Assembly (NCBI GenBank): GCA_032718475.1
Contig: JAUCBJ010002845.1
Location: forward strand, 1-56,573
Length of the DNA stretch: 56,573 nt
From: Nemertoderma westbladi
Lineage: Eukaryota > Animalia > Xenacoelomorpha
Direction: 5' to 3'
Shown: piece by piece, positions 1 through 13,110 of the stretch
How positions within the stretch are numbered: position 1 is the stretch's first letter
How the letters are laid out: the number at the start of each line of letters is the position of its first letter
Made by a program: the position numbers and the translations under genes
Notes under the pieces: model-generated
Database searches by the model: none
Told to the model about the DNA's origin: nothing
The model's input: the letters and a program-made list of their open reading frames with translations, nothing else

Positions 1-3000
1 GGTAGTAAACTCGCGCATACCTAGGTTGGGTAGTAAACTCGCGCATACCTAGGTTGGGTAGTAAACTCGCGCAAACCTGGGTTGGGTAGTAAACTCGCGC
101 ATACCTGGGTTGGTTAGTAAACTCTCGCATACCTGGGTTGGGTAGTAAACTCACGCATACCTGGGTTGGGTAGTAAACTCACGCATACCTAGGTTGGGTA
201 GTAAACTCGCGCATACCTGGGTTGGGTAGTAAACTCGCGCATACCTAGGTTGGGTAGTAAACTCGCGCATACCTGGGTTGGGTAGTAAACTCACGCATAC
301 CTGGGTTTGGTAGTAAACTCTCACATACTTGGGTTGGGTAGTAAAATCACTCATGCATACCTGGGTTGGGTAGTAAACTCACGCATACCTGGGTTGGGTA
401 GTAAACTCACGCATACCTGGTTTGGGTAGTAAACTCACGCATACCTGGGTTGGGTAGTAAACTCACGCATACCTGGGTTGGGTAGTAAACTCGCGCATAC
501 CTGGGTTGGGTAGTAAACTCACGCATACCTGGGTTGGGTAGTAAACTCGCGCATACCTGGGTTGGGTAGTAAACTCGCGCATACCTGGGTTGGGTAGTAA
601 ACTCGCGCATACCTGGGTTGGGTAGTAAACTCACGCATACCTAGGTTGGGTAGTAAACTCGCGCATACCTGGGTTGGGTAGTAAACTCGCGCATACCTAG
701 GTTGGGTAGTAAACTCGCGCATACCTGGGTTGGGTAGTAAACTCACGCATACCTGGGTTGGATAGTAAACTCACGCATACCTGGGTTGGGTAGTAAAGTC
801 ACGCATACCTAGGTTGGGTAGTACACTCGCGCATACCTGGGTTGGGTAGTAAACTCGCGCATACCTAGGTTGGGTAGTAAACTCGCGCATACCTGGGTTG
901 GGTAGTAAACTCACGCATACCTGGGTTGGGTAGTAAACTCACGCATACCTGGGTTTGGTAGTAAACTCTCACATACTTGGGTTGGGTAGTAAAATCACTC
1001 ATGCATACCTGGGTTGGGTAGTAAACTCACGCATACCTGGGTTGGGTAGTAAACTCACGCATACCTGGGTTTGGTAGTAAACTCACGCATACCTGGGTTG
1101 GGTAGTAAACTCACGCATACCTGGGTTTGGTAGTAAACTCTCACATACTTGGGTTGGGTAGTAAAATCACTCATGCATACCTGGGTTGGGTAGTAAACTC
1201 ACGCATACCTGGGTTGGGTAGTAAACTCACGCATACCTGGGTTTGGTAGTAAACTCTCACATACTTGGGTTGGGTAGTAAAATCACTCATGCATACCTGG
1301 GTTGGGTAGTAAACTCACGCATACCTGGGTTGGGTAGTAAACTCACGCATACCTGGTTTGGGTAGTAAACTCACGCATACCTGGGTTGGGTAGTAAACTC
1401 ACGCATACCTGGGTTTGGTAGTAAACTCGCGCATACCTGGGTCAGGTAGTAAACTCTCACATACTTGGGTTGGGTAGTAAATTCACGCATACCTGGGTTG
1501 GGTAGTAAAATCACTCATGCATACTTGGGTTAGGTAGTAAACTCACGCATACCTGGGTTGGGTAGTAAACTCAAGCATACCTGGGTTGGGTAGTAAATTC
1601 TCACATACTTGGGTTTGGTAGTAAACTCGCGCATACCTGGGTTGGGTAGTAAACTCACGCATACCTGGGTTGGTTAGTAAACTCACGCATACCTGGGTTG
1701 GTTAGTAAACTCTCGCATACCTGGGTTGGGTAGTAAACTCGCGCATACCTGGGTTGGGTAGTAAACTCACGCATACCTGGGTTTGGTAGTAAACTCGCGC
1801 ATACCTGGGTTGGGTAGTAAACTCACGCATACCTGGTTTGGGTAGTAAACTCGCGCATACCTGGGTTGGGCAGTAAACTCGCGCAAACCTGGGTTGGGTA
1901 GTAAACTCGCGCATACCTGGGTTGGTTAGTAAACTCTCGCATACCTGGGTTGGGTAGTAAACTCACGCATACCTGGGTTTGGTAGTAAACTCGCGCATAC
2001 CTGGGTTGGGTAGTAAACTCACGCATACCTGGTTTGGGTAGTAAACTCGCGCATACCTGGGTTGGGTAGTAAACTCGCGCATACCTAGGTTGGGTAGTAA
2101 ACTCGCGCATACCTAGGTTGGGTAGTAAACTCGCGCAAACCTGGGTTGGGTAGTAAACTCGCGCATACCTGGGTTGGTTAGTAAACTCTCGCATACCTGG
2201 GTTGGGTAGTAAACTCACGCATACCTGGGTTGGGTAGTAAACTCACGCATACCTAGGTTGGGTAGTAAACTCGCGCATACCTGGGTTGGGTAGTAAACTC
2301 GCGCATACCTAGGTTGGGTAGTAAACTCGCGCATACCTGGGTTGGGTAGTAAACTCACTCATGCATACCTGGGTTGGGTAGTAAACTCACGCATACCTGG
2401 GTTGGGTAGTAAACTCACGCATACCTGGTTTGGGTAGTAAACTCACGCATACCTGGGTTGGGTAGTAAACTCACGCATACCTGGGTTTGGTAGTAAACTC
2501 GCGCATACCTGGGTCAGGTAGTAAATTCTCACATACTTGAGGTTGGGTAGTAAATTCACGCATACCTGGGTTGGGTAGTAAAATCACTCATGCATACTTG
2601 GGTTAGGTAGTAAACTCACGCATACCTGGGTTGGGTAGTAAACTCAAGCATACCTGGGTTGGGTAGTAAATTCTCACATACTTGGGTTTGGTAGTAAACT
2701 CGCGCATACCTGGGTTGGGTAGTAAACTCACGCATACCTGGGTTGGTTAGTAAACTCACGCATACCTGGGTTGGTTAGTAAACTCTCGCATACCTGGGTT
2801 GGGTAGTAAACTCACGCATACCTGGGTTTGGTAGTAAACTCGCGCATACCTGGGTTGGGTAGTAAACTCACGCATACCTGGTTTGGGTAGTAAACTCGCG
2901 CATACCTGGGTTGGGCAGTAAACTCGCGCATACCTGGGTTGGTTAGTAAACTCTCGCATACCTGGGTTGGGTAGTAAACTCACGCATACCTGGGTTTGGT

Positions 3001-6000
3001 AGTAAACTCGCGCATACCTGGGTTGGGTAGTAAACTCACGCATACCTGGTTTGGGTAGTAAACTCGCGCATACCTGGGTTGGGTAGTAAACTCGCGCATA
3101 CCTAGGTTGGGTAGTAAACTCGCGCATACCTGGGTTGGGTAGTAAACTCACGCATACCTGGGTTGGGTAGTAAACTCACGCATACCTGGGTTTGGTAGTA
3201 AACTCTCACATACTTGGGTTGGGTAGTAAAATCACTCATGCATACCTGGGTTGGGTAGTAAACTCACGCATACCTGGGTTGGGTAGTAAACTCACGCATA
3301 CCTGGGTTTGGTAGTAAACTCTCACATACTTGGGTTGGGTAGTAAAATCACTCATGCATACCTGGGTTGGGTAGTAAACTCACGCATACCTGGGTTGGGT
3401 AGTAAACTCACGCATACCTGGTTTGGGTAGTAAACTCACGCATACCTGGGTTGGGTAGTAAACTCACGCATACCTGGGTTTGGTAGTAAACTCGCGCATA
3501 CCTGGGTCAGGTAGTAAACTCTCACATACTTGGGTTGGGTAGTAAATTCACGCATACCTGGGTTGGGTAGTAAAATCACTCATGCATACTTGGGTTAGGT
3601 AGTAAACTCACGCATACCTGGGTTGGGTAGTAAACTCAAGCATACCTGGGTTGGGTAGTAAATTCTCACATACTTGGGTTTGGTAGTAAACTCGCGCATA
3701 CCTGGGTTGGGTAGTAAACTCACGCATACCTGGGTTGGTTAGTAAACTCACGCATACCTGGGTTGGTTAGTAAACTCTCGCATACCTGGGTTGGGTAGTA
3801 AACTCGCGCATACCTGGGTTGGGTAGTAAACTCACGCATACCTGGGTTTGGTAGTAAACTCGCGCATACCTGGGTTGGGTAGTAAACTCACGCATAACTG
3901 GTTTGGGTAGTAAACTCGCGCATACCTGGGTTGGGCAGTAAACTCGCGCAAACCTGGGTTGGGTAGTAAACTCGCGCATACCTGGGTTGGTTAGTAAACT
4001 CTCGCATACCTGGGTTGGGTAGTAAACTCACGCATACCTGGGTTTGGTAGTAAACTCGCGCATACCTGGGTTGGGTAGTAAACTCACGCATACCTGGTTT
4101 GGGTAGTAAACTCGCGCATACCTGGGTTGGGTAGTAAACTCGCGCATACCTAGGTTGGGTAGTAAACTCGCGCATACCTAGGTTGGGTAGTAAACTCGCG
4201 CAAACCTGGGTTGGGTAGTAAACTCGCGCATACCTGGGTTGGTTAGTAAACTCTCGCATACCTGGGTTGGGTAGTAAACTCACGCATACCTGGGTTGGGT
4301 AGTAAACTCACGCATACTTAGGTTGGGTAGTAAACTCGCGCATACCTGGGTTGGGTAGTAAACTCGCGCATACCTAGGTTGGGTAGTAAACTCGCGCATA
4401 CCTGGGTTGGGTAGTAAACTCACGCATACCTGGGTTTGGTAGTAAACTCTCACATACTTGGGTTGGGTAGTAAAATCACTCATGCATACCTGGGTTGGGT
4501 AGTAAACTCACGCATACCTGGGTTGGATAGTAAACTCACGCATACCTGGGTTGGGTAGTAAACTCGCGCATACCTAGGTTGGGTAGTAAAGTCACGCATA
4601 CCTAGGTTGGGTAGTAAACTCGCGCATACCTGGGTTGGGTAGTAAACTCGCGCATACCTAGGTTGGGTAGTAAACTCGCGCATACCTGGGTTGGGTAGTA
4701 AACTCACGCATACCTGGGTTGGGTAGTAAACTCACGCATACCTGGGTTTGGTAGTAAACTCTCACATACTTGGGTTGGGTAGTAAAATCACTCATGCATA
4801 CCTGGGTTGGGTAGTAAACTCACGCATACCTGGGTTGGGTAGTAAACTCACGCATACCTGGGTTGGGTAGTAAACTCACGCATACCTGGGTTTGGTAGTA
4901 AACTCTCACATACTTGGGTTGGGTAGAAAAATCACTCATGCATACCTGGGTTGGGTAGTAAACTCACGCATACCTGGGTTGGGTAGTAAACTCACGCATA
5001 CCTGGTTTGGGTAGTAAACTCACGCATACCTGGGTTGGGTAGTAAACTCACGCATACCTGGGTTTGGTAGTAAACTCGCGCATACCTGGGTTGGGTAGTA
5101 AACTCTCGCATACCTGGGTTTGTTAGTAAACTCGCGCATACCTGGGTTGGGTAGTAAACTCGCGCATACCTGGGTTGGTTAGTAAACTCGCGCATACCTG
5201 GGTTGGTTAGTAAACTCGCGCAAACCTGGGTTGGGTAGTAAACTCGCGCATACCTGGGTTGGTTAGTAAACTCACGCAAACCTGGGTTGGGTAGTAAACT
5301 CGCGCATACCTGGGTTGGGTAGTAAACTCACGCATACCTGGGTTGGGTAGTAAACTCACGCATACCTGGGTTGGGTAGTAAACTCACGCATACCTGGGTT
5401 TGGTAGTAAACTCTCACATACTTGGGTTGGGTAGAAAAATCACTCATGCATACCTGGGTTGGGTAGTAAACTCACGCATACCTGGGTTGGGTAGTAAACT
5501 CACGCATACCTGGTTTGGGTAGTAAACTCACGCATACCTGGGTTGGGTAGTAAACTCACGCATACCTGGGTTTGGTAGTAAACTCGCGCATACCTGGGTT
5601 GGGTAGTAAACTCTCGCATACCTGGGTTTGGTAGTAAACTCGCGCATACCTGGGTTGGGTAGTAAACTTGCGCATACCTGGGTTGGTTAGTAAACTCGCG
5701 CATACCTGGGTTGGTTAGTAAACTCGCGCAAACCTGGGTTGGGTAGTAAACTCGCGCATACCTGGGTTGGTTAGTAAACTCTCGCATACCTGGGTTGGGT
5801 AGTAAACTCACGCATACCTGGGTTGGTTAGTAAACTCTCGCATACCTGGGTTGGGTAGTAAACTCACGGATACCTGGGTTGGGTAGTAAACTCACGCATA
5901 CCTGGGTTGGGTAGTAAACTCGCGCATACCTGGGTTGGGTAGTAAACTCACGCATACCTGGTTTGGGTAGTAAACTCACGCATACCTGGGTTGGGTAGTA

Positions 6001-6360
6001 AACTCGCGCATACCTGGGTTGGTTAGTAAACTCTCGCATACCTGGGTTGGGTAGTAAACTCACGCATACCTGGGTTGGGTAGTAAACTCGCGCATACCTG
6101 GGTTGGTTAGTAAACTCTCGCATACCTGGGTTGGGTAGTAAACTCACGCATACCTGGGTTGGGTAGTAAACTCACGCATACCTGGGTTGGGTAGTAAACT
6201 CGCGCATACCTGGGTTGGTTAGTAAACTCTCGCATACCTGGGTTGGGTAGTAAACTCACGCATACCTGGGTTGGTTAGTAAACTCTCGCATACCTGGGTT
6301 GGGTAGTAAACTCACGCATACCTGGGTTGGGTAGTAAACTCGCGCATACCTGGGTTGGGT
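1..6360. repeat. 28-bp tandem satellite (consensus GCATACCTGGGTTGGGTAGTAAACTC[A/G]C), about 225 copies, runs off the left edge
   Basis: Continuous head-to-tail 28-bp units with point variants and a recurring 32-bp variant (AAAATCACTCATGCATACC). No unique spacers. Confidence 0.98.
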
Positions 6361-6922
6361 AAGTAATCGAGTGCAATTCATTTATGTTGTATATTTTTGA
6401 GTTTGGTAATGATATACTTAATAATTTGCTAAGTAATAGTGATATATTTAGCTAGTTAAATATAGTTAACTAATAATTTAATAAAATTAATGTAATATTT
6501 AAATAGCTGTATATAAAAACCGCGAAGTCGTTCGGCGATGCAAATTTAACCGTAAAAATCCCCAGAAAATTATTACGCAAAATTAAAAATAGGAAACTTT
6601 AAAAATTTGTCTTTCACGGTGAACCATGAAATGACCCATTTTTATGGTATAATTATATTAAGATACACGTAGTAAGAAATTTGAAGTACTGTATCATAGT
6701 TTTGCTAAAAATTTGGTAATCAGGAGAAATTTGTAGTAATACGAATGCAAATTCATTATTTTATTACATAAATATTATTATCAAAAAACAAACAAATTTT
6801 TCCTTTACTATATTCCAATTAATTTTGACGGAAATGTAAAAAACTGGGTGAAAAATCTCCATTCCAAACTTTAAAAAAAAAACGCGATAAAAGAAACAAT
6901 AAATATATCCGTCGAAAACAAC

Positions 6923-7167
6923 ATGCCAAAATTATACAGCCATACAGCGCAGTTCATGATGTTGATGATAATAGGCGCGGCTATATATTTGGTCGCCTCT
7001 TCCGTTGGAGCACAAGAGATGCAGGGATGTGAATCCCATATAGAATTGTTCTCAGAAGATGGGTTAGCTGGAAACAAGGTTGACATCTACGCCGAAACAA
7101 ATACAACGCAACTTATTGCTCTTGGAATGAATAACAACATAGCCTCAGTCAATGTTGTCTGTGGAAC
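6923..7167 (+). CDS. Host gene exon 1: signal peptide + first beta/gamma-crystallin Greek key
   Basis: ATG at 6923, hydrophobic stretch FMMLMIIGAAIYLVASSVGA, then HIELFSEDGLAGNKVDI...GMNNNIASVNVVCG. Donor AC|GTGAGT at 7168 (phase 2). Confidence 0.88.
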
Positions 7168-7189
7168 GTGAGTACAATAATATAACCAT

Positions 7190-7373
7190 TGTCATGTGGG
7201 GCGAACCGAAACAAGAAGTTGACGAAGCCTTAGCGAATTAAGACACTGTTTGTCACGTGCTGCGCGATGACGACGACAGACGACGGCGATGACGACGACG
7301 ACGACGATGACAGACAACTCGTTAATGGCACCCATATGCTAAGGCTTCGCTCACTCCGTGGCTCGCCACACAA
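7190..7373. mobile_element. Short non-autonomous element, DINE-1/HINE-like, in intron 1
   Basis: Perfect 12-bp inverted repeat CGAAGCCTTAGC / GCTAAGGCTTCG around a (GAC)n microsatellite. Imperfect outer inverted repeats TGTGGGGCGAACC / GGCTCGCCACACA. Related motif ATGTGGGGCGAGCC recurs near 21546. Confidence 0.45.
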
Positions 7374-7569
7374 TCGACATCTGTTGTAAACGCCCCAGAT
7401 AAACAAAACCTTCGACAAAAACTGCCCAGTCTAAAGGCAGGTTCGTTATAATAACCCATGTCTTTACCAAGAATATTTGCACCGTCAAGGCCAGTGTCCT
7501 TTAAGAGGCTTCACAAGAAGTTCAACCTTACACTATCTGTAACATTTATTATAATCGTTTATTTTCTAG

Positions 7570-7727
7570 TTGGATATTGTATGCAGATGAATTTAACGGA
7601 CCAACATTAATGCTAAATTTCGGAAGTTTCAACAGCTCTCACTTAACAGCCACTGCTTCTGAAATAAGTTCACTGCGTGTCTTACCAAAGCAAGGAATGC
7701 TGCTCTTTGAGTACGAAGACTTTAAAG
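7570..7727 (+). CDS. Host gene exon 2: Greek key 2 and start of Greek key 3
   Basis: Acceptor ttttctAG at 7568-7569. Reads (T)WILYADEFNGPTLMLNFGSF...EISSLRVLPKQGMLLFEYEDFK(G). Donor G|GTAGGC at 7728 (phase 1). Confidence 0.9.
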
Positions 7728-8252
7728 GTAGGCTTATGTTTTACTGTGATATAACCAACTCACAATGCTTCGGGGTCATGTGATAGTAATGATAGTGATT
7801 TAAACAATAATGTATTTTATCTTGATGAACTTCCTATTATTTTATCTCATTAAGATTTCCTTACTCCCAAAAGTTAAGTAGATAACTTTAATACTGCAAT
7901 GAATGGCTGATTGATAATAAGCTACCCATTTACTATCCTACCAGTAGACCTACTGTAAAATAATAATAATTAAAATTGGAAATAATTACATAGGAGAAAA
8001 TACGTATCCCTTGCATATATCAGTATCTTGAAACAGCGGAATGCCATTCTAACTGCAGATCGTAAAGAGTCTACCAGAGAACATTATATAGAGCGAGTCA
8101 GTATTAGTAGTGAGATACACCCTTTCAGCATTAAACTCACATCCACCTGTAAGTATTGGACGGTAGAAAAAAAAATGAGCAGAAATTATTTAATCACCAT
8201 AGGGATATTTACGGAGCCCCTAAAGGGACATGACAAAAAAATTTTTTTTTTG

Positions 8253-8570
8253 CTAACTCGTGCGAACGACTTAGTATGTCGTGCGAACGACTTAGTATGT
8301 TGTGCGAACGACTTACTAAGTCGTGCGAACGACTTACTAAGTTGTGTGAACGACTTACTAAGTCGTGCGAATGAGACTAAGTTGTGCGAACGACTTACTA
8401 ACTCGTGCGAACGACTTACTAAATCGTGCGAACGACATACTAACTCGTGCGAATGACTTAACTAACGCATGCAAACGACTTAGTAATTCGTGCGAATGAC
8501 TTACTAAGTCGTGCAAATGACATACTAAGTCGTGCGAACGACTTAACTAACGCATGCGAACGACTTAGTA
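8253..8570 (+). repeat. Left subterminal 21-bp tandem array (TAAGTCGTGCGAACGACTTAC)
   Basis: About 15 units directly inside the left TIR. Confidence 0.93.
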
Positions 8571-9587
8571 ACTTTAACTTAGGTACTTAACTTTACCTAC
8601 TTTAACTTAGGCCTAACATACGGACATATTTTGTTAAGACGAACGGCCGTTGAACGAAGGGCGGGGGTGAAATTCATTATTATTATGATATTCTGTTTTT
8701 TCATAAGTTGGTTATTTTCCCTTTTGTAAACTGCTTTAATTATTTGGATGTTTTTTGCATATTATTTAAATTATTTATATTTGTTATGTTCTATTATTCG
8801 TATCTTCTTTGCATTATTTAGGTATTCCTGCTTTTCGCTGTATTCAATTTACATTGTGTTATTTAACGGTCGGGTTATTGGAGTCTTTACATCTTATGAT
8901 TAATTACTGTATCCTGTTGTTGAGAACCTACGTCACTGTTGAAGGTATTCCCCAATAACATTACACACATATTGGTTGGTTCTATTCATGCAGTGTTGCC
9001 TCTCTATTATTGGCACACTGTATTGTATGGTGTACCGCCATTGGCCAGTTGGTTGACAAGCAATATCCAGGACATTATTAATTGGGAGGGTTGTATGTAT
9101 TGTATTGGGTAATAAGGTGCCAAGTGATTTTTGGGCCGTAATCAATGGTTGGGTCAGGGGTCACGGTAAAAGCTTAAATACGGGTGTTTTGTATCTATTA
9201 ATTCAGTACGGGAATTAACTTTCGGACTCTGGCACTATAATTGAAAAATTATTAGGGGGTAGGCCTACCGGACCGGGTTTTTATAGTTTTATATTTTATT
9301 CATTTTTACTGCCGTGCTATGCAATTTAATACAATAAATTTGAACTAACTGCACTACGATTAAATAAATATAATTATCTGCTGTACTTACTTTATCCTTT
9401 TATGATTCCATCATGGTAGCGGCGAGAGGTTAGACATCCCACATTCATCTACATTCCCCCCCCCCCCCCCCCCCCATACACACTTCACACACCTCACCTC
9501 TTCACACACATACGAATTACCGCTATGGAAGCTCAACCCCAGACAACCATCTTTCGGAAAGACTCTCTGAGCAGCTAGTGGGGCACT

Positions 9588-10166
9588 CCGGTTTATCCGG
9601 TGTTGTTTGCTACGCGTCACCGTGTTTACCCTTGGGTGCCGAGGCCGAGGCCGTTGTAGTGAAATGAATTGATTGATGTTGCTTGATATTATAGATATAA
9701 CGATATATGTATATATGACACAGTAAGTCACAGATAGGCAGCACTAAACAGCATAATAAGATATGTACCGGTATAGCAGTATTGGGTGACGATGATGGTG
9801 CAAAGATGTCACCGGTGTTCACTGAGTGACTGCTGAGTAAAACTAACTGACCGGTATGGTACACAGTATAATATATCTAAACACCCTTACTGTACTGTGG
9901 CCTTCACCTAACTGATGCCCCTCCCCATTGGCTAGTAGCTCACTCCTCACCCTCTGGAGTGTTTCCCTTTACTCCTGCTATTCCCTCTCTCTCAGGGGTG
10001 TAACCCCTGACCCTTATTGTGTGTGTGTTCTCTGGGGCCTATTGTCCCCGTTTACTGGGGTGACACGAGGTTGATTGGTAATCAACCTCGTGCTCCCAAT
10101 ATTGCTTAGGGGTGCTCTTTCCCACTTTATGGGGGGTTTGGTGAGGCGGAATTGAATACGCTCACA
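9588..10166 (-). mobile_element. Solo LTR inserted in the 5' LTR of BEL-1, related to the BEL-2 LTR
   Basis: Absent from the sister LTR. Minus strand begins TGTGAGCGTATTCAATTCC (BEL-2 LTR: TGTAAGCGGATTCAATTCC) and shares GGTGACGCGTA near its end. Partial TSD ACT(AA)/ACTAA. Confidence 0.7.
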
Positions 10167-10227
10167 ACTAAAAAATATCAAAGGCGATCGAGGTTGTATT
10201 GGGAGGCTTTCACATTCGAACCGGATA

Positions 10228-12470
10228 ATGGACAACACCCCCGGAGATTCTAGAGATACGGAACCAGCGGTCTGCAATGAGGACGGGCGCAGCCGGGCAT
10301 CCAACATCAGTGTAAAGACCACGGCAAGCGCTGCTGCGCGACTGGCGAGTCGCGAAGCTCGGATGATCGGTTTCCGAGTACAAGCAGAACAGGAGCTGAT
10401 CCAGAAAGAACAGGTATGCCTCATAAAGGAGCGGGGATGGGGGTACCAGGACCAAGAGCACAGAGTCGCGGAGCAGCGAATCGCAGAGGAATGCCGATCG
10501 AGCAAATGGTGCGAGAGGAGGAAGAAAAACGATTCGAAGCGCTACTCTTGGATGAGGAAGCCAGGATTGAAAGAGGAGAAGAACTCTCCGAACGGCTGAG
10601 AGACTTCGAAGGTGAGGCGGATCTGGAAGGGGGGAATGCGGAACTGTGTCGAGGCGGCGCGGTTACAGGCGAAGGGCTGGACGGCAGCCCTGCGCCTGCC
10701 GGCCCCACACCTTGTGGGGAAGATATTCAGCAGGTTGGGACGGAAGACTCGGGAGTCATCCAGATACGGGCGAACAACCCGGGGGGCCTATGAACTCAAC
10801 GCGGCCCCCAGTTTCTTCCTCTATAACGATACCAGTTATAGAGGACAACTGGGAGAGATGCGGAGACCGACAGCGTGAAATGGTGGATGCCTCAGTCACG
10901 GCGGGTCCTGGGTGGGACGCGGCACTACGTCAGGGTGACGTAGTGGATGTTCTGCTTACAACTGACGAGGGCAACCCCCGGGTCGATAAGAAATCTCCGA
11001 TTCTACGTGGGAACTGACCGGAAGTTAATCCGACAGAAAGGGTTTCAGTGACAGAGATCAAACCGAGGGAGGTGCGGGTTAGTTCTGAACTCCCTGTCTC
11101 AAACTGTGGGCGTCTGGATGTCGACGTGCAACCCTTCGTTCCGGAAAACCGCGCTCCTTATGCTTCAATGGATCTACGGGTAGGATCGGTTAACTCCTGG
11201 ATTGATGAACTTATCCCTGGGATGGAAACGGTAGTTCAGGGTGGCGAGGGGGCGCAGAGTTTGGAGGTGGCACTGATGAGACTCGGTGATGAACGCGGCG
11301 CTCCGGAGGTACGGCTGCTTCGGTTCGACGGGAACCCCATGCAGTGGCCGCAGTGTATCGAACGGTATTACGAGCTCATGCACCGTCGGGTGCATTATAT
11401 GGACGCTCTTAGACTAGCGCTACTCCTAGGACAGCTCGACGGGACCGCCAAAGACATTTTTGCGGGGTATGGCTGCAGCGGGCGTGCCTACGTACAAGTG
11501 CTACAAACATTGAAGTGGCAGTTCGCACACCTGTCGCTCGTATCCCGAGTTTTTATCAACTTGATTGCCGAAGGTAAGTCCATTCCCCCACGGGACAAGA
11601 TTGCGTTGCACCAATTCCATACTAATATAACTCTGTGTATTTATACACTTCGGTCGATGGGGAATCTCGCGGACCTCTACTCAGTTGAGACTCTGCGACG
11701 GGTTTACCTGCGGCTGCCGGAATATCTGCAATGGAAGTGGCAACAACATCGCATGAACATCCGGGGAAGTTTCGGTTGCGGTGTACCGGAAGATCTATCT
11801 CTAATCCACTTAGAGGTGTGGTTGGGTCGCTGCGTGCGGGCGTTATTTGAGCCGACCACGACGGACTTAAGCGAGTTCACCAGCTACAATGGCGGGATTG
11901 GGAAACCGAGGTTTTCTAAACCTAAGGAGGAACCGCTGGCTAAATGGGCGGTTGCTCTCGTTTCAGGAGACGGGATGGGATGGTCGAGGAACTCGAACTT
12001 TGTTCCAATCGGTGAGGTCAGGGAAACAAAAACGCCCTCGGCGGACCCTTATATCCTCTGCGACAGGGACCATCCAGCAATAAACTGTGAATGTTTTAAG
12101 GGAATGACATTTAAACAACAAATGGACAAAGTACACGGAAAAGACTTTCCAGTGTTCGCTTCATGGTCGGGATGCCATGGAAGGACTCGAACCTGCGACT
12201 CCCGGATAACCGAGCGACTGCCCGTTCACAACTCCTGTCGCTAGAAAGGAGGTTCTCGAAAGATTCTGGATTCGAGAAACTTTATCGAGAAACCATCGGG
12301 TCATAAATCACGGATGGGTACGCTTGCTGCACTACGGACGACGAGGACGACTTCGAGGAAGGATGATCGGACTTGGTATCTTCCTCACCATGGCATAGTC
12401 TCGGCCAAGAAGCCGGGTCGAGTACGGGTTGTGTTCAATGCCGCAAATCACCATAAGTGGGTGTCGCTAT
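10228..12470 (+). pseudogene. BEL-1 gag (DUF1759-like) and short RT fragment, frameshifted
   Basis: ORF 11048-12244 has VRLLRFDGNPMQWPQC...LLGQLDGTAK...LKWQF and a degenerate Cys/His knuckle. ~12350-12470 has RTWYLPHHGIVSAKKPGRVRVVFNAA, the BEL RT N-terminal motif. Confidence 0.85.
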
Positions 12471-13110
12471 ACTCGGGGCCAGCATTAATTATGGGAGGGT
12501 TGTATGTATTGTATTGGGTAATAAGGTGTCAAGTGATTTTTGGGCCGTAATCAATGGTTGGGTCAGGGGTCACGGTAAAAGCTTAAATACATGTGTTTTG
12601 TATCTATTAATTCAGTACGGGAATTAACTTTCAGACTCTGGCATTTTATTGAAAAATTATTAGGGTGTAGGCCTACCGGACCGGGTTTTTATAGTTTTAT
12701 ATTTTATTCATTTTTACTGCCGTGCTATGCAATTTAATATAATAAATATGAACTAACTGCACTACGATTAAATAAATAGAATTATCTGCTGTACTTACTT
12801 TATCCTTTTATGATTCCATCATGGTAGCGGCGAGAGGTTAGACATCCCACATTCATCTACATTCCCCCCACCCCCCCCCCCCCCCCCTCCCATACACACT
12901 TCACACACCTCCGTTACACACAGCATACAAATTACCCCTTTGGAAGCTCAACCCCAGACAACCATCTTTCGGAAAGACTCTCTGAGCAGCCAGCGGGGCA
13001 CTAAAAAATATCGAAGGTGATTGAGGTTGTATTTGGAGGCTTTCACAGATTTCATCTGCTTTAAAACTAAATAATGAAATTATCCTAAGCTGTGCTTGTG
13101 CCATCGATGT

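Larger units (their letters stand above)
8632..13047 (+). mobile_element. BEL/Pao LTR retrotransposon remnant (BEL-1), internally deleted
   Basis: Direct repeats ~9075-9587 plus 10167-10214 versus ~12483-13047, both ending GGAGGCTTTCACA. Probable start TGTTAAG at 8632 with imperfect TSD TATTT/GATTT. Partial tRNA-Tyr-type PBS TTCGAACCGGAT at 10215. BEL gag and RT motifs inside. Confidence 0.8.

Noticed and set aside
1-6360. CRISPR array, telomere, or repeat-protein ORFs (MREFTTQPRYARVYY...)
   Set aside because: There are no unique spacers and no cas genes. The unit is 28 bp, not a short telomeric repeat. 28 is not a multiple of 3, so the minus-strand ORFs cycle through all frames and are artefacts.
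8028-8456. ORFs with RANDLLS / CERLTKS repeats (also 18656-18898)
   Set aside because: They are translations of the 21-bp subterminal arrays of the TIR element.
13108-13110. Canonical TG start (TGTTATAAG) for the Gypsy-like LTR
   Set aside because: The TGT belongs to the GATGT TSD and is absent at the other LTR copy (GCT|TATAAG).
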